Assembly: GCA_964247055.1 (NCBI GenBank)
Contig: OZ176057.1
Location: 3,658,001 to 3,722,000 of the forward strand
DNA length: 64,000 bases
Source: Paragordius varius
Lineage: Eukaryota; Animalia; Nematomorpha
Reading direction: 5' to 3'
The translations under genes and the position numbers were made by a program. This document shows positions 22,879 through 37,431 of this stretch, piece after piece (the first letter of the stretch is position 1; every line of letters begins with the position of its first letter). The notes under the pieces were generated by a model. It made no database searches. It saw nothing but the letters and a program-made list of their open reading frames with translations, and was not told the DNA's origin.

Positions 22879-25800
22879 GCAGAGTTAAACATAATTTTTT
22901 TTTATTTTTATATGATAGGTGATGAAGGAGATAATTTTTACATTATTGATTCCGGTGAAGTTGAGGTATATACTAAATAAATTACGGTTGTTTTTTTTTT
23001 CAAGAAAATTATTTTAATTCAATCATTTTTTGACTTATGCTTGCTAAAATTTTGTGTAAAAAAATTCATATTTTTTTGTGTTGACTTTTCCGTATATATA
23101 ATTATTGCTTAAACACTTGTATATCAAATTTATTATTGAAATCGGAAATGACTTTGCATGCATAAATAGTGAATTTTTTAAAATTTGAATAAATATTAAA
23201 GCATTAGAATTGAAATAAGATTTACAGTAAAAACTGATATTATACGGACGAAATGTAAAAATATAAAGACTTATATTTATTTTTTATAAAGACTTATATT
23301 TATTTTCTAAAAGACAACCATACTTTTTACATCTAGATATATATCAATATAACTCATTGCTTTAAATAGCAAAGTTTGAAATAGAGATGTATATTCCTTA
23401 ACACAATCAATTTTGTATTTTACAATTGTAACTAAGTAGCTTATATAAAAAACATTAAGGTTTTAAAGAGTATGGGGTTGTCTTTTAGAAAAAAATACTT
23501 GTCTTGATATTTTTACCGTAATATAAATATAAACTGTTTAAGCCTTTTTTTAAAAAATCCTTTTTTTCTTGATTTCACCTAAAAAATATTTTTGTCCATT
23601 TTATAGGTTTATGTCAATGGTCAATACATTTATACGTTGAATGAGGGCGGTTCTTTTGGGGAATTAGCTTTGATATATGGGACACCGCGGGCCGCCACAA
23701 TCAAAGCCAAAACTGATCTTAAACTGTGGGGCATTGACCGTGATAGTTATCGTCGAATTTTGATGGTAGAATAATAATTATTATATATCATTTATACTTT
23801 ATATAGGGCACACATTTCAAGTTTATAAAGGTAAAACTGGTTTTTTTGAAAAGTTGTTAAGTTTTACATCAATTGATCAAAACGGAATTGAGATTATGGG
23901 TCATTGACCGTGATAGTTATCGTCGAATTTTGATGGTAGAATAATAAATTATATATCATTTTTATTTTATATAGGGCATACATTTCAAGTTTATAGGGCG
24001 TTTTTTAAGCTTTTTTATTTTGTGGGAAATGGAAGTTTTACTGCTAATTATTTAATTAATTACCAAAAATTACTTTAAATTTTAAGGTATTGATTCAGAT
24101 GGTTATCGACGGATTTTGATGGCCTTTAATTTTCAGGGATGATTTTATAATTGCCAATTTTTATAGTATAGTGGTAAATATAGACATAAAGTATAAATTA
24201 TAAGATATTGTTTTTTTAAGGACAATCATATTTTTGAAATTTTTATTTATATGATTAAGCCTATCGTTCGGCTTGGGTTACGAAAAAGGAAACATAGAAA
24301 TGTAAATTGGGGTAACACACATAATCAATTATATTGTAAATATTAAAATTATACTATACAAAATGTAAAATCTAAAAGACAAATATATTTTTTTCAAGTC
24401 CTAACTTTTTAAGATTTTATTTTCCTGCCTTATTTGGAAGAAGTTTAAATTTTGTTCCCATCATATCGACTTTTTTTTGTTTTTTTTAAATTATTTTGTA
24501 GAATTCAACGCTACGCAATGTTTAAATTGGAATAAAAATATAATAAGATTAATAAATGATTATCACCAATATGAATACCCAAATGAAAAAAATGATTAGC
24601 ACATGGTTAAAAAGATATGTTAAATTTATAAGTACATATAACAGAAAGCATTTATCAAAGGTGGTCCTGTATGGTGTATTTAATAAATATTTTTTAACCA
24701 AAAGCATTTTTTTTCGTGATAATCAATTCTTAAAATTTTATTATGTATCTCAATCTTTTACAGTCAGGGTATCCTTTGTATTATCAAAAATTTATTTATT
24801 TTTCGTTAAATGGGTATAAATATTTGGTAAAGAATGGAAAAAACAAGAGCTCTATGGTAATTATTACACTTGTTTGATGAACATAATATTGACCATAAAG
24901 CTCTTGTTTTTTCCATTCTTTAACAAATATTTAACCCGTCATTTAACGAAAGGAAATGAATTTTATTAAATAAAGGATACTTGACTGTTCTTTTTGACTT
25001 AAATATTTAGTATAAAATATTTTATATATAGTTTAAACTTCATAAAAGATTTTTGGATAATTTTTTTTTAAATTTATTTTGTCACTTTCATTTTCATTTG
25101 TTGTTTACTTTTTATCATGGTTTTATAGGGTTCAACGCTCCGTAAACGCAAAATGTACAAAGAATTTTTGGGTAAAGTTAGTATCCTTGAAAACTTGGAT
25201 GAATGGGAAAAATTAACGATTGCAGACGCTCTTTCACCCGCAAATTTTTCAGCGGGTCAAACTATCGTTAACCAAGGGGACCGGGGCGAAGAGTTTTTCA
25301 TTATTCTTGAGGTTTTACCAAATGTTTTTTTACCTTTGGTTTGGTTTATTGGATTAAAGATGTTTTTGATCACGTGCTTGGCAATTAACATTCCATTACT
25401 TTTTGGGGTAGTTTTATACTATCCCTGAGCGATTTGAAATTTATTTAGCTTAAAAAGTATTTAAGGTTCAAGCCAAATATTAAAATATGCAGCCTTTAAG
25501 GCGCATACAAAATATTTTTTCTCACAAAATGGAAAATTGTTAAAAAATCGTCATTTCAAACTTATTTCCGACATTTTTTCTTATATTATTTTAAATCACT
25601 AATGCAACAGGCAAATAAACGTATATTATGGTAAGAATATGTAAACAATTAATTTTAAGATGTTTTCAGGCTACATTTTACCAGCAAAAACTTGATATAT
25701 TTGATTATAATATCAGCTGTTTGTTTCAATTGTGTTTTGGAGCTGTCCCATTTTTAATCCCTTGAAGTCACAAAACCAAAAAAATATAAGTTTTTTAATA

Positions 25801-26947
25801 TACATGAGAATAAGGTTTGATAATTGAATTTTAATTAAAATAATTTTCAAAAAACTGTAGTTTATTTACAAAATTGAACTTTGGGGCATAATACTATTCC
25901 AAAAAAGTTAAATTAGAACAAAAAAATGAAAAGGTAATAAAGTGTTAAATATGTTTTTTGGTGTTTTTGAGTATTTTACATTTATAATTATTTTTGTCAC
26001 ATGTGTATATCAGAGAAGGCGAATAATTATTTATAACCTGTGGTGGCCTTTATATGGTTTTGTGAGAGTTAGCTTGACAAAAAGTTTTTATTTTTAGGTT
26101 TTGAGAATTGTTACATTTTGGGTTCATGTCTGATATTAAATAATTTCCCAAAACTCAAAATAAAAATGCGATTTTCATAATCCATAAATAAAACTAGGAA
26201 TATTATATTATGTTATTGTATTATTACATATTTTTGAGCTCATTTTTTTCGCAAAAAATTATAATACCACACATCACAATAATGATCTTTCATCTAAAAA
26301 TTGCTAATATAAATCTAACGTTATGTTATAGTGGTTTTATCTACAAAACTATAAAGATTTTACTATATTTTAAAGTAAACATTTCTAATTTTTTATAACG
26401 AATTTCTTTGAAAAAAAAGTTTTTAATTGGAGGGCAGATGGGTTTTTTTATTAAAAAATCTAACGATGTTTTTAACTTATTAGGGAAAAGCTTCAGTTTT
26501 ACAAAAGAAAGATGATGGTGAGACTGTGGAAGTAGGCGAATTGGGACCTTCCGATTATTTTGGTGCAAATTTTTATATTTCTTTTAACTTTTTACTTATT
26601 TTCACAAATGCGTTTTTAAAATTTAAAGTATTTTTTTTGTTTTGATAATGTTAATAAACATTTTTTTTGACTTGGGTTATTTGTAAATAACAATTTTTTG
26701 TTGCTATTTACTAATCTAACTATAATATAACTCTAAAATTAATACCATTTATATTTTTTCTTATCCTTCCTTAGGTGAAATAGCTTTATTGCTGGATAGA
26801 CCACGTGCGGCGACCGTTATTGCAAAAACTGATCTGAAATGCGTTAAACTCGATCGGGCCAAATTTGAGAGAGTTTTGGGCCCATGTTCCGAAATATTGA
26901 AACGAAACATTAACAAATACAATAGTTTTGTATCGCTTTCCGTTTAG
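17906..26947 (+). CDS. PRKAR1: cAMP-dependent protein kinase type I regulatory subunit, 386 aa (9 exons)
   Basis: Exons 17906-18064, 18812-19018, 21068-21159, 22229-22290, 22919-22965, 23607-23765, 25129-25311, 26484-26562, 26775-26947 (1161 nt, phases consistent). RI D/D domain with both Cys ([24 protein letters not shown]), pseudosubstrate RRGAVS, phosphate-binding cassettes [15 protein letters not shown] and [16 protein letters not shown]-terminus YNSFVSLSV. Confidence 0.97.
18977..20060 (+). repeat. Degenerate tandem array (~145-bp core) seeded from the PKA-R exon 2 / intron 2 junction
   Basis: Exon-end GAAGTTTATACGGAGGAAGATGCTGCCAATTATGTTAAAAAG recurs at ~19154, ~19299 and ~19603, interleaved with repeated AAAAGTTTTGAA / TGTTAACTTTGTGATATTATACTTG blocks. 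Confidence 0.85.
21193..21385. mobile_element. MITE family D copy, directly followed by a family C copy (21395-21672)
   Basis: ta|CAGTATGCATTTTAATG ... CATTAAAATGCATACTG|ta. Confidence 0.85.
23879..24121 (+). repeat. Intronic duplicates of the PKA-R exon 6 3' end
   Basis: 23902-~23997 is nearly identical to 23732-~23827 (exon end, donor and intron start). A more diverged copy lies at 24086-24121. Confidence 0.85.
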
Positions 26948-27185
26948 TTTTGCTCTCCATCTTTCTTTTTGTCTGTCTTTTTCTATTTTTTTGCATTTTA
27001 TGTGCAAAGCTAAAGTTGGTCAGAAAATGTTATATTAAAAAGTTGTATATGTATAACTCTTTGTTTTAAATAACCCTTGTTTTTAACTAATCAATACCTT
27101 TATATATGAAAAATTCATGGTTTACAACTATAATATTATACTGATTGATTTTAAAAATTCTGTCGTATATGTCAAACAACATAAC

Positions 27186-27221
<36 letters not shown>

Positions 27222-27623
27222 ATGTGTTTATGAGAGAAGAATTTTAATATATTTTTACCACACAATTATAACGTAAAGTTTTATTAAAACCTTTTTTGCT
27301 TAAAACTACTATATATGTATATATATATATATATATATGCCGGTTTTTTATCTTAACGTTGCAAATATGAAATTTAGTCGTTCCATTTATTAATCATATA
27401 TATATTTAAAGATATTTTGGGGTTTTTGCTTAATAATTTTTTTCTATCACCTATATATAAATATACATAGATTATGTGTAAATTTTGTCATAGCCATACA
27501 TACATATATACATACGTTGTATTATTATTTATGTAAAACAATTTTTATGAATAAAATAATACTTATAATAAATCATCATTAAATTATGCTTTTTTTGTTA
27601 TATATAAAATATGATCGATCTAA

Positions 27624-27904
27624 CAGTAAAAATTGAAATTATACGGACAAAACATAAAGACAAATATTTTTTTCTAAAAGACAACCATAGTTTTTAAATC
27701 TTGATTAATTTAAAATTTAACTCATTGTATTAAATTTCAAAGTATAAAATAGAGATGTATATTGGTAATATAACCAATTATATTTTAGGTTTGTTATTAA
27801 ATATTTTACTAGTATTAATTTAGGTTTGAAAAATTATGGTTGTCTTTTAGAAAAAAATATTTGTTTTTATATTTTTATGTTTATTTCGTATTTAATATTT
27901 ACTG
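27624..27904. mobile_element. MITE family B copy
   Basis: Family B TIRs at both ends. Confidence 0.75.
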
Positions 27905-29174
27905 TATAAACTTTTGGAAAGGAGGATTTAAACAACCCAAAATAAAAAAATTTAGGCATTATTTTCATATGAAATTTACTATAGCAAATACATTTTTTTA
28001 AAAAAAGTTTATTGCACGCATCTGAAGTATAATACGATTCCTAAACTAATATGATACTATAAACATACGCTAAATTAATCATTATATTCTTGTAAATAGT
28101 TTTACAATAGAAATATAAGTAAATTTTTTCATAAAAATAATATAAAATTATTTGCTCTATTTTTCGATTTGGTGCAAAATATCTAAAAAAATCTTAGTTA
28201 AGGCTATTTTTTAATTTTGGAATCTTTGTATACCATTTGCATTTCAAGCCTGTCTCTGAACATTAAAGTTAAGCTTAAACGCATATTATCTATTTTATTG
28301 TTGTTTTCTTCAATAAATATTTATTCATTTAAAATTAAAATATTTTTTATTTAAAAACCAATTTTTAGTTTCCAAACTATTTTAGTTTTTGTTGACGAAA
28401 AATTGGAATAAGTAATCCAGTAAACCATATTACATGTAAAATCTTATTAAAATTAATTTAAGAACTTAATAAAGACATACAGTTTCTGAATGATCAAAAG
28501 TCGATTTTGATATAAAATTTGTGTTGAATTAAGAATATATGTGAGAATAATATATTAATGATACAGGTTTCATTGGTAAAAGTTAAAGACAAATATTTTT
28601 TCCAAAAAACAACCATACTTTTATGAACCTTAATTTTTCACATATATTTTATATAATTACATTAAAAAAAAATATAATTGATTGTGTATACTTATCAATT
28701 TTATAGTTTGCAAAAAAAGTATGGTTGTAAAAAAACATTTGTCTTTATATTTTTAGTGTCCTATAATATAAGTTTTACTGTATATTAATACATAATTTAC
28801 CGGCGGCTAAGCGTTTTTTATTTACAAGATGCCAAAAACATAAGTTAAACCTTATATCCGAAAAAAGGCGATTTTTTGATATTTTTACCAAATTAATAGT
28901 CAAAAAAATATTTTTATAACATCCCTTCAAATCATAAAGTGATAATTAATATTCATTGGACTGGCGTTTAGTTTTTTCGATTTGCAATTTTCTTAAATAC
29001 GTTGCAAAAAGTTCATTTTTTGACAAAATAGTATTCTGTAGAAATTTAACTACAACTCAAAGGGCCTTTTAAATCGTAAATGGGGTGATCATCAGCATAT
29101 AACTTTCTTGGGCTTTTTATTTTAGCTCATAATGATAGGTGTTAAATATATTACCGACTATTTTAGCCAAAATA

Positions 29175-29473
29175 CCATTTACAGTTCAAATTCACCCTTG
29201 AACAATTCAAATCCACCCTAAAAATAAATTCTGAAATTTCGGTCTAATATAACTCATCATTAAAATTAAATATATTTTTATGGCAAAGTTTATTATTTTT
29301 TCAGTATTATTTTGACAAACAAACTTTCTTTTTTTATAAATATAAAAATATAGGTAATATATAATCATAAAAAACACAATTATTTTAGGGTTAATTTGAA
29401 TTGTTCGAAGGTAAATTTGAATTGTTCAAGGATGAATTTGAATTGTTTAAGGGTGAATTTGAACTGTAAATGG
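29175..29473. mobile_element. MITE family C copy
   Basis: CCATTTACAGTTCAAATTCACCC ... GGGTGAATTTGAACTGTAAATGG|tata. Confidence 0.85.
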
Positions 29474-29694
29474 TATATAATAATATTTTTTACATTAAGC
29501 AGAAATCGAAAAATCGCATTGGTAAATACTTCTTCTTAATATGTGTAAACCCTTAGTAAAAAACCACTTTCCCAAATTACAATTTACTTATTATTTATAC
29601 ACACATTTTTGCATAATATCATATATACATAGACAAATCATATGGAAAAAAAGATGAAAGTACAAATGTGAATGGATATATCATCAAAAATTTC

Positions 29695-31225
29695 CTACAA
29701 AAATTTCAAATTGTTTCGATTAACGCTAGTATTGCCTCCAAAAGGAGCTGCTGATAATCCGCCGCTAAACACATTTGATTGTGAAGTTGAAACATTTTGT
29801 CTTTTACCCAAACCAATCAGGTTTGTGAGAATGTCTAATGGTTTAGTTGAAGCTATGCTAGTGGGTTGTTCATTATTACCCAAAAGTACAATGTTATTTG
29901 TATTGCTAGGACGCGGTAATGATAATAAAGATGATTGAGTACTTATCACAGGATTTTTAGTTGCAAAAGTGTTGTTAATTTCATAATTAAAGGATGATAA
30001 TCTCTTTTCCACAGTATCATTGTTGTGTATGGTTGCACCATTGTAAGGCAAATAATGATTATCTTGGCGTCTTGGTAGGGCCGGTGTCGCATTTATATCG
30101 CTTGGTTTATATGTCGTTTTCATGGGTGGCACTGAATATGGGGAAAATATGTTACCTATTATCTCATCATTTGTGTCTGATGATACCTCCGCCGGATTAG
30201 TAAGGAGAGGAAAAGCCGGAGGTGGCCGAACTAAAAATTCGCTTTTGTTCGCTGATGGGAATGGCGGTTTCATCGCTCCTCTATCAAGTTGATTTGATAA
30301 GGGTGTATGATATATTGTTGGTGGAGCTGAAGTACTCACACCAATATTCATTTGTGGTAACTCTTTATAATCGAGCAAAGGACCCCGTTTTTTACCAGGA
30401 AATGTTGCTAGAGTGTTAGTGTCATCTTTTTGTTCTAACCAATTTTTTGAGCTGCTAACAATCGAAATGACATTTTCATCTCCAATGTCCTTATTTTTCT
30501 CAACATTATCAAAATCAAGTGTAGATTGAGATATAATATTATTAGTGATAGGGGGCATTTTATCAATCAACTGTTCTTGTTTGGGGGCTAAAAACATGTG
30601 TTTTTGTGAATCCGGCGATAACATGGCCGTGAAAAGAGGTGGAGGGGGTGGAGGTGGCGCCATTAACAAAAACTCAGCTGGGTTCGGATCAGCTGGCGGA
30701 AGGGGCTTTTCCTCATCGTGTGGTGCTATGAATGAATGAGAAATAAAGTAAAAATATAGCTTATTTCTACAACAAAACAAAGTAAAATGTAAAAGATAAA
30801 TGTATCGTTTTTAATGAAAACCATGTTTTATGGACCTTGATTTTTTAATACTTTATTCGTTTTAGGTTGGGCGAAAAAAAGATATAAATATGTAAATAAT
30901 AATAATTTTAGTTTTGATAATTGTTTATTTCTATGCAAAATAGGAATAGAGATGTAATTTGGAACCATCACATAACTATAAAGATTAAATACAAAAATGT
31001 GGATTACTAAATACTTTTCTTTATAAAAAAATATATATTAGTATTTTAGTTTCAATTTTTGTCTTTAAGTATGAGATAAAATAAACTTAAAATATAAATA
31101 TAATTACATGCTTTTCCAGTTATAACCCTATTATGTGTTGGTGCAGCATTGTATTCATATTCATCCTCCAGGTTTACAATGTCCATGTCAGCTGTTGTTA
31201 GTTCTTAAATCACATAAAATACGAA

Positions 31226-31282
<57 letters not shown>

Positions 31283-34200
31283 ATTTACAATTCAAATTAA
31301 CCCTAAAAAAATATTATGTAAATTCGAAATAATATAACTCCATATTACTATAAAATATATCTTTATGGATAGTTTATTATTTTTTCAATATTATTTTAAT
31401 TTAAAACACTTTTTATTTTTTATAAATATAGGTAATTATTAATCTAAATAAACATATATTTTGTTGAAGGGTAAATTTGAATTGTTCAAAGATGAATGTT
31501 TGTTTTTAAGGGTGAAATTGAATTGTAAATATATATTTAAAAAGGTTAGTGCACTCTTAGCTTCATAATACAAAATTACTTGGAGTTTATTTTTTATAAA
31601 AATGGTTAATACATTTTGGTGTCATAATGAACGAAGTATAAAGTAGGTACAATAAAAATTTAATCAATCTTTCAAAAAACGTTTAATATTAAATATTTTC
31701 AAAAAAACTGATTATAAATCAATCAAAATCAAAAATATAAAAGAATTAAATGTTCGAAAAATAAAAAAAATATATATACCATTTACAATTCAAATTCACT
31801 CTTAAACGATTCACACCCTTGAACAATCCAAATTCAGCCTTAAATAAATTATGTGTTTGTTTAAGATTAAAAATTACCTATATTTTTATATATTTTTGGA
31901 AATTGAAATTTTGTTTAAATTAAAATTATACTGTAAAATAAATAAACTATGCCATAAAGATTTATTTCATATTAATAATGAGTTATATTAGCTCAAAAAC
32001 ACATAATTTATATTTAGGGTAAATTAGACTAGTTCAAGGGTGAATTTGAACTGTAAATGGTATATTATAGCTCAAAAACACATAATTTACATTTAGGGTA
32101 AATTAGACTAGTTCAAGGGTGAATTCTGTTAATGGTATATTAGCTCAAAAACACGTAATTTATATTTAGGGTAAATTTAAATTGTTCAAAGGTGAATTTG
32201 AACTTTAAATGGTATATTAGCCCGAATGCACATATTAGACTAGTTCAAGGGTGATTTAGACTAGTTCAAGGGTGAATTTGAATTGTAAATGGTATAATAA
32301 AAGGGGGGGGGAATGGGAAACCTGTATTTGGTACTAAAGATTTCCTTAAATCTACATCTCCAAATGCGTAATTATTGGTTGTTAGGAGTGATGTTTCAAA
32401 TTCATTGATAGCTAAGCCTGGTATATCGACTTCTAATATAGTATAAAATATAAAAAACGTTGAAATTAATATATAAAATTAAGGTTTTTTTTCTCAATTT
32501 TAGAGTAATTCACAATTACGTAAAAAATTATAAATATTTTTTTTTTCAAATTAATATATTTTTCTAAAAAAAATTCTTTAATATTTCTTATTACTTGTTT
32601 ACTTACAAATCTGAATTTTTAAATAAAATATACGCAAATATATTTTATTTAAAACCTTATGAAAATACACATGACTGGAAAAAATACGCATTTTTTAAAC
32701 ATTAAATTCATTTTATCTAATCATTAGGTGGTTAAAAAAACATTTTTTTGTAAATGATCATTAAAATTACAAAAAATAAAAATTATAATTATACAAGGGC
32801 AAACGTCATAACTAAATTTTAAAACCTATATATTTTATAAATAAATATATTTAAGAGTATATTAACCATTCACATGTTCCCTATTTTGCAACTCGAAAGG
32901 ACGAATTCAAAAAAGTATGGGCTATGCTTTTTATATTTATTCTTTATTTCGTTATTCAGTTTTTGAATTGGAATTTTGATTGTAACGTAACTCACATAAA
33001 AAGAGGGCAAAAACGGTGAAATATCAAATTTCATATACGGTTATTAATCAATATTGACTTTAAGATTTTTTTAGGATAGTAAGAAAAATAAATATGCATA
33101 ATTTAATAAAATGACTGTTGAACAGGTGTGGCTAACAAGTGGAAAATTTAAATATTCATAAATTAAAAAATATGTGCTCATCGTAACAAAATTGATATTT
33201 CCTAAACAATTTTTCTACACAAATCTATATCTAATTGGCAATAACTAGAAAAAATTGCAGATTGTGTTTGAATTTTCCAGTTTTAAGTTTGGAATCTAAT
33301 ATACTCCTTATGAATGCCAATATAAGGTATGAATTATAACTCAATTTCTAATAAATTATATTTTATTTTTTATTATTAACTATTTCATTGCCCGACTAGT
33401 TTTTTGAATTCAAAATGCGGCCTGCGAAGTCATTTGTGTTGAACACTCGTGTTCTATAACCCTTTAAGCACTTTTTAGAAACTAAGATATCACTAAATGT
33501 TTAAATCTTTACTCAGTTAAAAACAAAAAAAATTAAAGTTTTAATTTATTAAATAAATCTTTTTACATACTTTTAACAAAGCAAAAGAAACCAAAAATTT
33601 ATTGATTAAACACCTTTTACCTATATGAACAAAAAAACTAAAAATTTGGTCAAATTAATTATACCTTTATAAGAGGTTCGCATATCAAAATCAACGTTAT
33701 CAATCGCCCCTTTCCCGGGTAACTGGAAGGATTGAGTATTATTTTTATTTGTGATTCCTGTCAAACGCATATCCGTGTCATCTAACATTAAGTTATTAAA
33801 CAATTTTTAAAAACATATAAAATAAAAAAACAGCATAGCAAAATATATATAATTAGCTCTACTCTAACTAAGACATAATTTTTTAGTAATTTTTTACAAA
33901 TCTTTCCCAGAAACAAAAAAACTTAGTAATTAAGGGGGAGTCACACTAAAAATGTACAAAAACATAAATTTGATCAGCTTTCGATTTCGAAATATATATA
34001 TATATAGAAAAGTTGTTTATTAAAAATACTAAACAAATTTATAAAAATGATTCTTTTTTTAAAACCATTTCCTGTTTTTAGAACTGTGGTATGGCACAAC
34101 TAAAAAACATAAACACTTAACATTCTCATACATATACCATTTACAATTCAAATTCACCCTCGAACAATTTAAAATTCACCCTTAAACAATTCCGAATTCA

Positions 34201-37200
34201 CCCTAAAATATAAATGTGTTTTGAAAGATTAAATATTACCTATTTTGTTTGAAATGAAAATAATACTGAAAAAATAATAAAATAAGTTATAAAGATATAT
34301 TTCATTTTAATGGAAAGTTATATTAGCCCGAAAACTCTAAATTATTTATAGGGTAAATTTGAATTGTTCAAGGGTGAATTTGAATTATAAATGGTATATT
34401 TCAAAGGTCCTTATTTTTATTTCGAATTCGTTTTCCCTTAACGATTTAAAACATTATCAAAAAATTACTTTTTAATTTCTTAAACTAATGTTAAGATTGA
34501 ATCATTTTTTTTCATAAAGCAAATAATATAATGGAAATAGAAAAACAAAATCATTTTGTAATTTTTTTAATGTAAATTTATATTTTTTAAACAGGTAAAA
34601 AATATAAAAAAAATTTCTCCGAAACTTTGAATTAAAAGTAAGACAGACAAAATGACAAAATGTAAATTTTTCAAAAGTACTCAATCATTTTTTATTTAAA
34701 TGTTATTCATTATTTATAAAGCTTACAATTGTAATTAAAAAAGTTTATATGAATCAAAAAATAAGGTTTATAAAAGGTGAATGAAAAAAAATGTTTTTTC
34801 TTTAAATTTTAACGTTTTTTTTGTTCTCTTTGGAAATTCATCATTCTTAGGCAAAAAAAATTTTTATGTCAAACATTAATACTATAAAAAAAAACTCAAA
34901 AGACGTATGCTACTTGAAATTTTCGTTTCCATTTCCGCTACGATTTTACTGATTGATTCAATAATTATATTGTTGTTTTGATTTGTTGGATTTAGAGAAG
35001 TATTCCCATTATGTTCATAATTCCTATTTTTATCGTTAATTTTTCTAGCAATATTGCTTAAGGTTTGTTCTGAATGATCATTTTTATTTAAATTATTATT
35101 GGTTGTTGTTAATGTAGAACTTAATTTAGCTTGAACACTTTGTATACGTGTTGTGTATTTTTCATAAGCCTGCATAATTAAGGATATAAATAATTTATTC
35201 ATAATGAAAAAATTTGTCAATATATGAAAAATGAAATGATTGATAAAAATTTAAAGTACCACATTCATTTTTACACCCCCTTAAAACTACTACCTTACAA
35301 TGTTTAATCCAATGTTGGTTCACAAAACTATAAAAGGGGGCAAAAATTAATATTTAAAACAAAAAAAAAATATTTTGTAATGTTTTCATCAAGATACAGT
35401 AATATTACATCTATATCCAAAAAGTTTTACCATATTATAGTTTTTCAAAAAAAAAATTGTAAAAGGGATTCTAAAAAAATTTCAATAATTTTAAACATAA
35501 GTTTTTTAACTGTAAAATTTAACCAGTTTCTTTAAAAAGTATTATATATATATATATATATATATATAATAAGGATTTGTTTTGTAATGCTTTTAGCTAT
35601 TCATTTAACCCAAATTTGTCAGTTTTTTTCCTTTTAAATTTTAGGGGTTTTTTAATCTTTCTGATAATTATTATACTATTTTAAATCCTAAGGATTTTTC
35701 ATATTTTTCTTTATTTTAATCCTTTACGTATTCAAACTTTAATGTGTATTTTTTAGATTTCACTGCTTTTAAATATGCATATTATCCATCCTTTACTAAC
35801 TTTCTATCATATCATAACAACATATTAAATTAAATTTATTTTTTATTTTTTCAAAATTTTAGCGGTTATAAAATTTTTTCCTATTTTTGTGGACATATAT
35901 TTTTAGTTCTTTGAGAACTTACAAAACTAAACTATTCTGTGTACATTTATGACGATATAGACATCCTTCATTAGTGGTGAATAATAAAATTGGCAGTGTT
36001 TTTGCTTAAAATTTTAGTATTTGAAATTCGGTTTATTGCATTTTTAATACTCTAAACTTATATTTTTATAAAAAAATTTCTTTTAATCACAAATAAATAT
36101 ATACATTAATGACAAATTTGGCATCTTTCAACAGTGTTTTATAATGATTTTTAGCGCAATGGCTGTTTTCCAAATGCCTTTTCCTTGTACGTACGCAACA
36201 ACGTAATTGTTCAATAAAAGCCTCAAGTTTAATACAAACCATTTCTAAATCCTTGTAATGTTGTGTGGCACTTTCCTTATCTAATATTGTGAAAAAATTT
36301 ATTAAATGAATGATATATATATATCTTTTAATTCAAATTCACCCTAAAATAAATTAAAGATTAAAAATTACCTATATTTATATTTTTGTACATTTCTAAA
36401 AAATGAAATTTTGTTTAGAATTTACATAATACTGAAAAAATATAAACTATGCCATAAGAAATTTCTATCAATGATGAGTTATATTAGCTCAAAAAGACAT
36501 AAATTATTTTTAGGGTAAACTTGAATGTTGAAGGTGGATTTAAATAAATGGTATTATTAGTATGTAATATGTGTTAAAAACTTTACTATTTACTATTAAA
36601 ATTCACCTTTGAACATTCAAATTTACCCTTAAACTAGATGGCTTATAGTAGCCCGAAAACAGATATTTTATTTTTAGGGTGAATTTTAATAGTAAATGAT
36701 ATATTTTTTTAATACATAGTACACAAATATAAAAACATCATAGAGTATCATATTGTATCAATATTAGTTTGTATTACCAATCTAAATAATTTATACATAA
36801 AATAATATGATAAAAAAATATGTTTTAAGAAATAACATTGCATTGAATTGCCCGTAAAAAAACATTATCAAAATTTAAGATAAAAAAGCACATTATTCCA
36901 ATTTAAATAATACAAACCTTAGTTATTAGGTTTTATATAAAGGCTAAAATTAATAAAAAAAACAACGGTTTACGGAAATTAAACCCAACTTTTATGTGAA
37001 AAATATTAACACTAGAAAAAATTTAAAAATGTTTAAGAAATCAATCTCGTTAAAATATTGACTTTAATAATAATTATAATTTTTTTTGTATAATATAGAT
37101 ATTTATAAAATATATACATAAAAAAATTTTCAAAAAAGTGTATGTTTTGTTTGTGTAACCTTTACACTGTTGAATCCATTCAAAATTTGAGATTTGACCA

Positions 37201-37398
37201 GATAATATCAAACGATTATACCATTCATCAACACTAATAATTACGGTAAAAATTATACGGAAATACATAAATAATATAAAGACAAATATGTAAAAAAAAT
37301 TTTATAGGTCAAGAAATAACTAACCAACCAACCATACTTTTGTAATAACTTATAATTTTATTTAGATACAATATTTTAAAATATGTAATTGCATTGTA

Positions 37399-37431
<33 letters not shown>

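Noticed and set aside
29672-30739. Plus-strand ORFs of 64-88 aa
   Set aside because: Antisense shadows of the large RPRD2 terminal exon.
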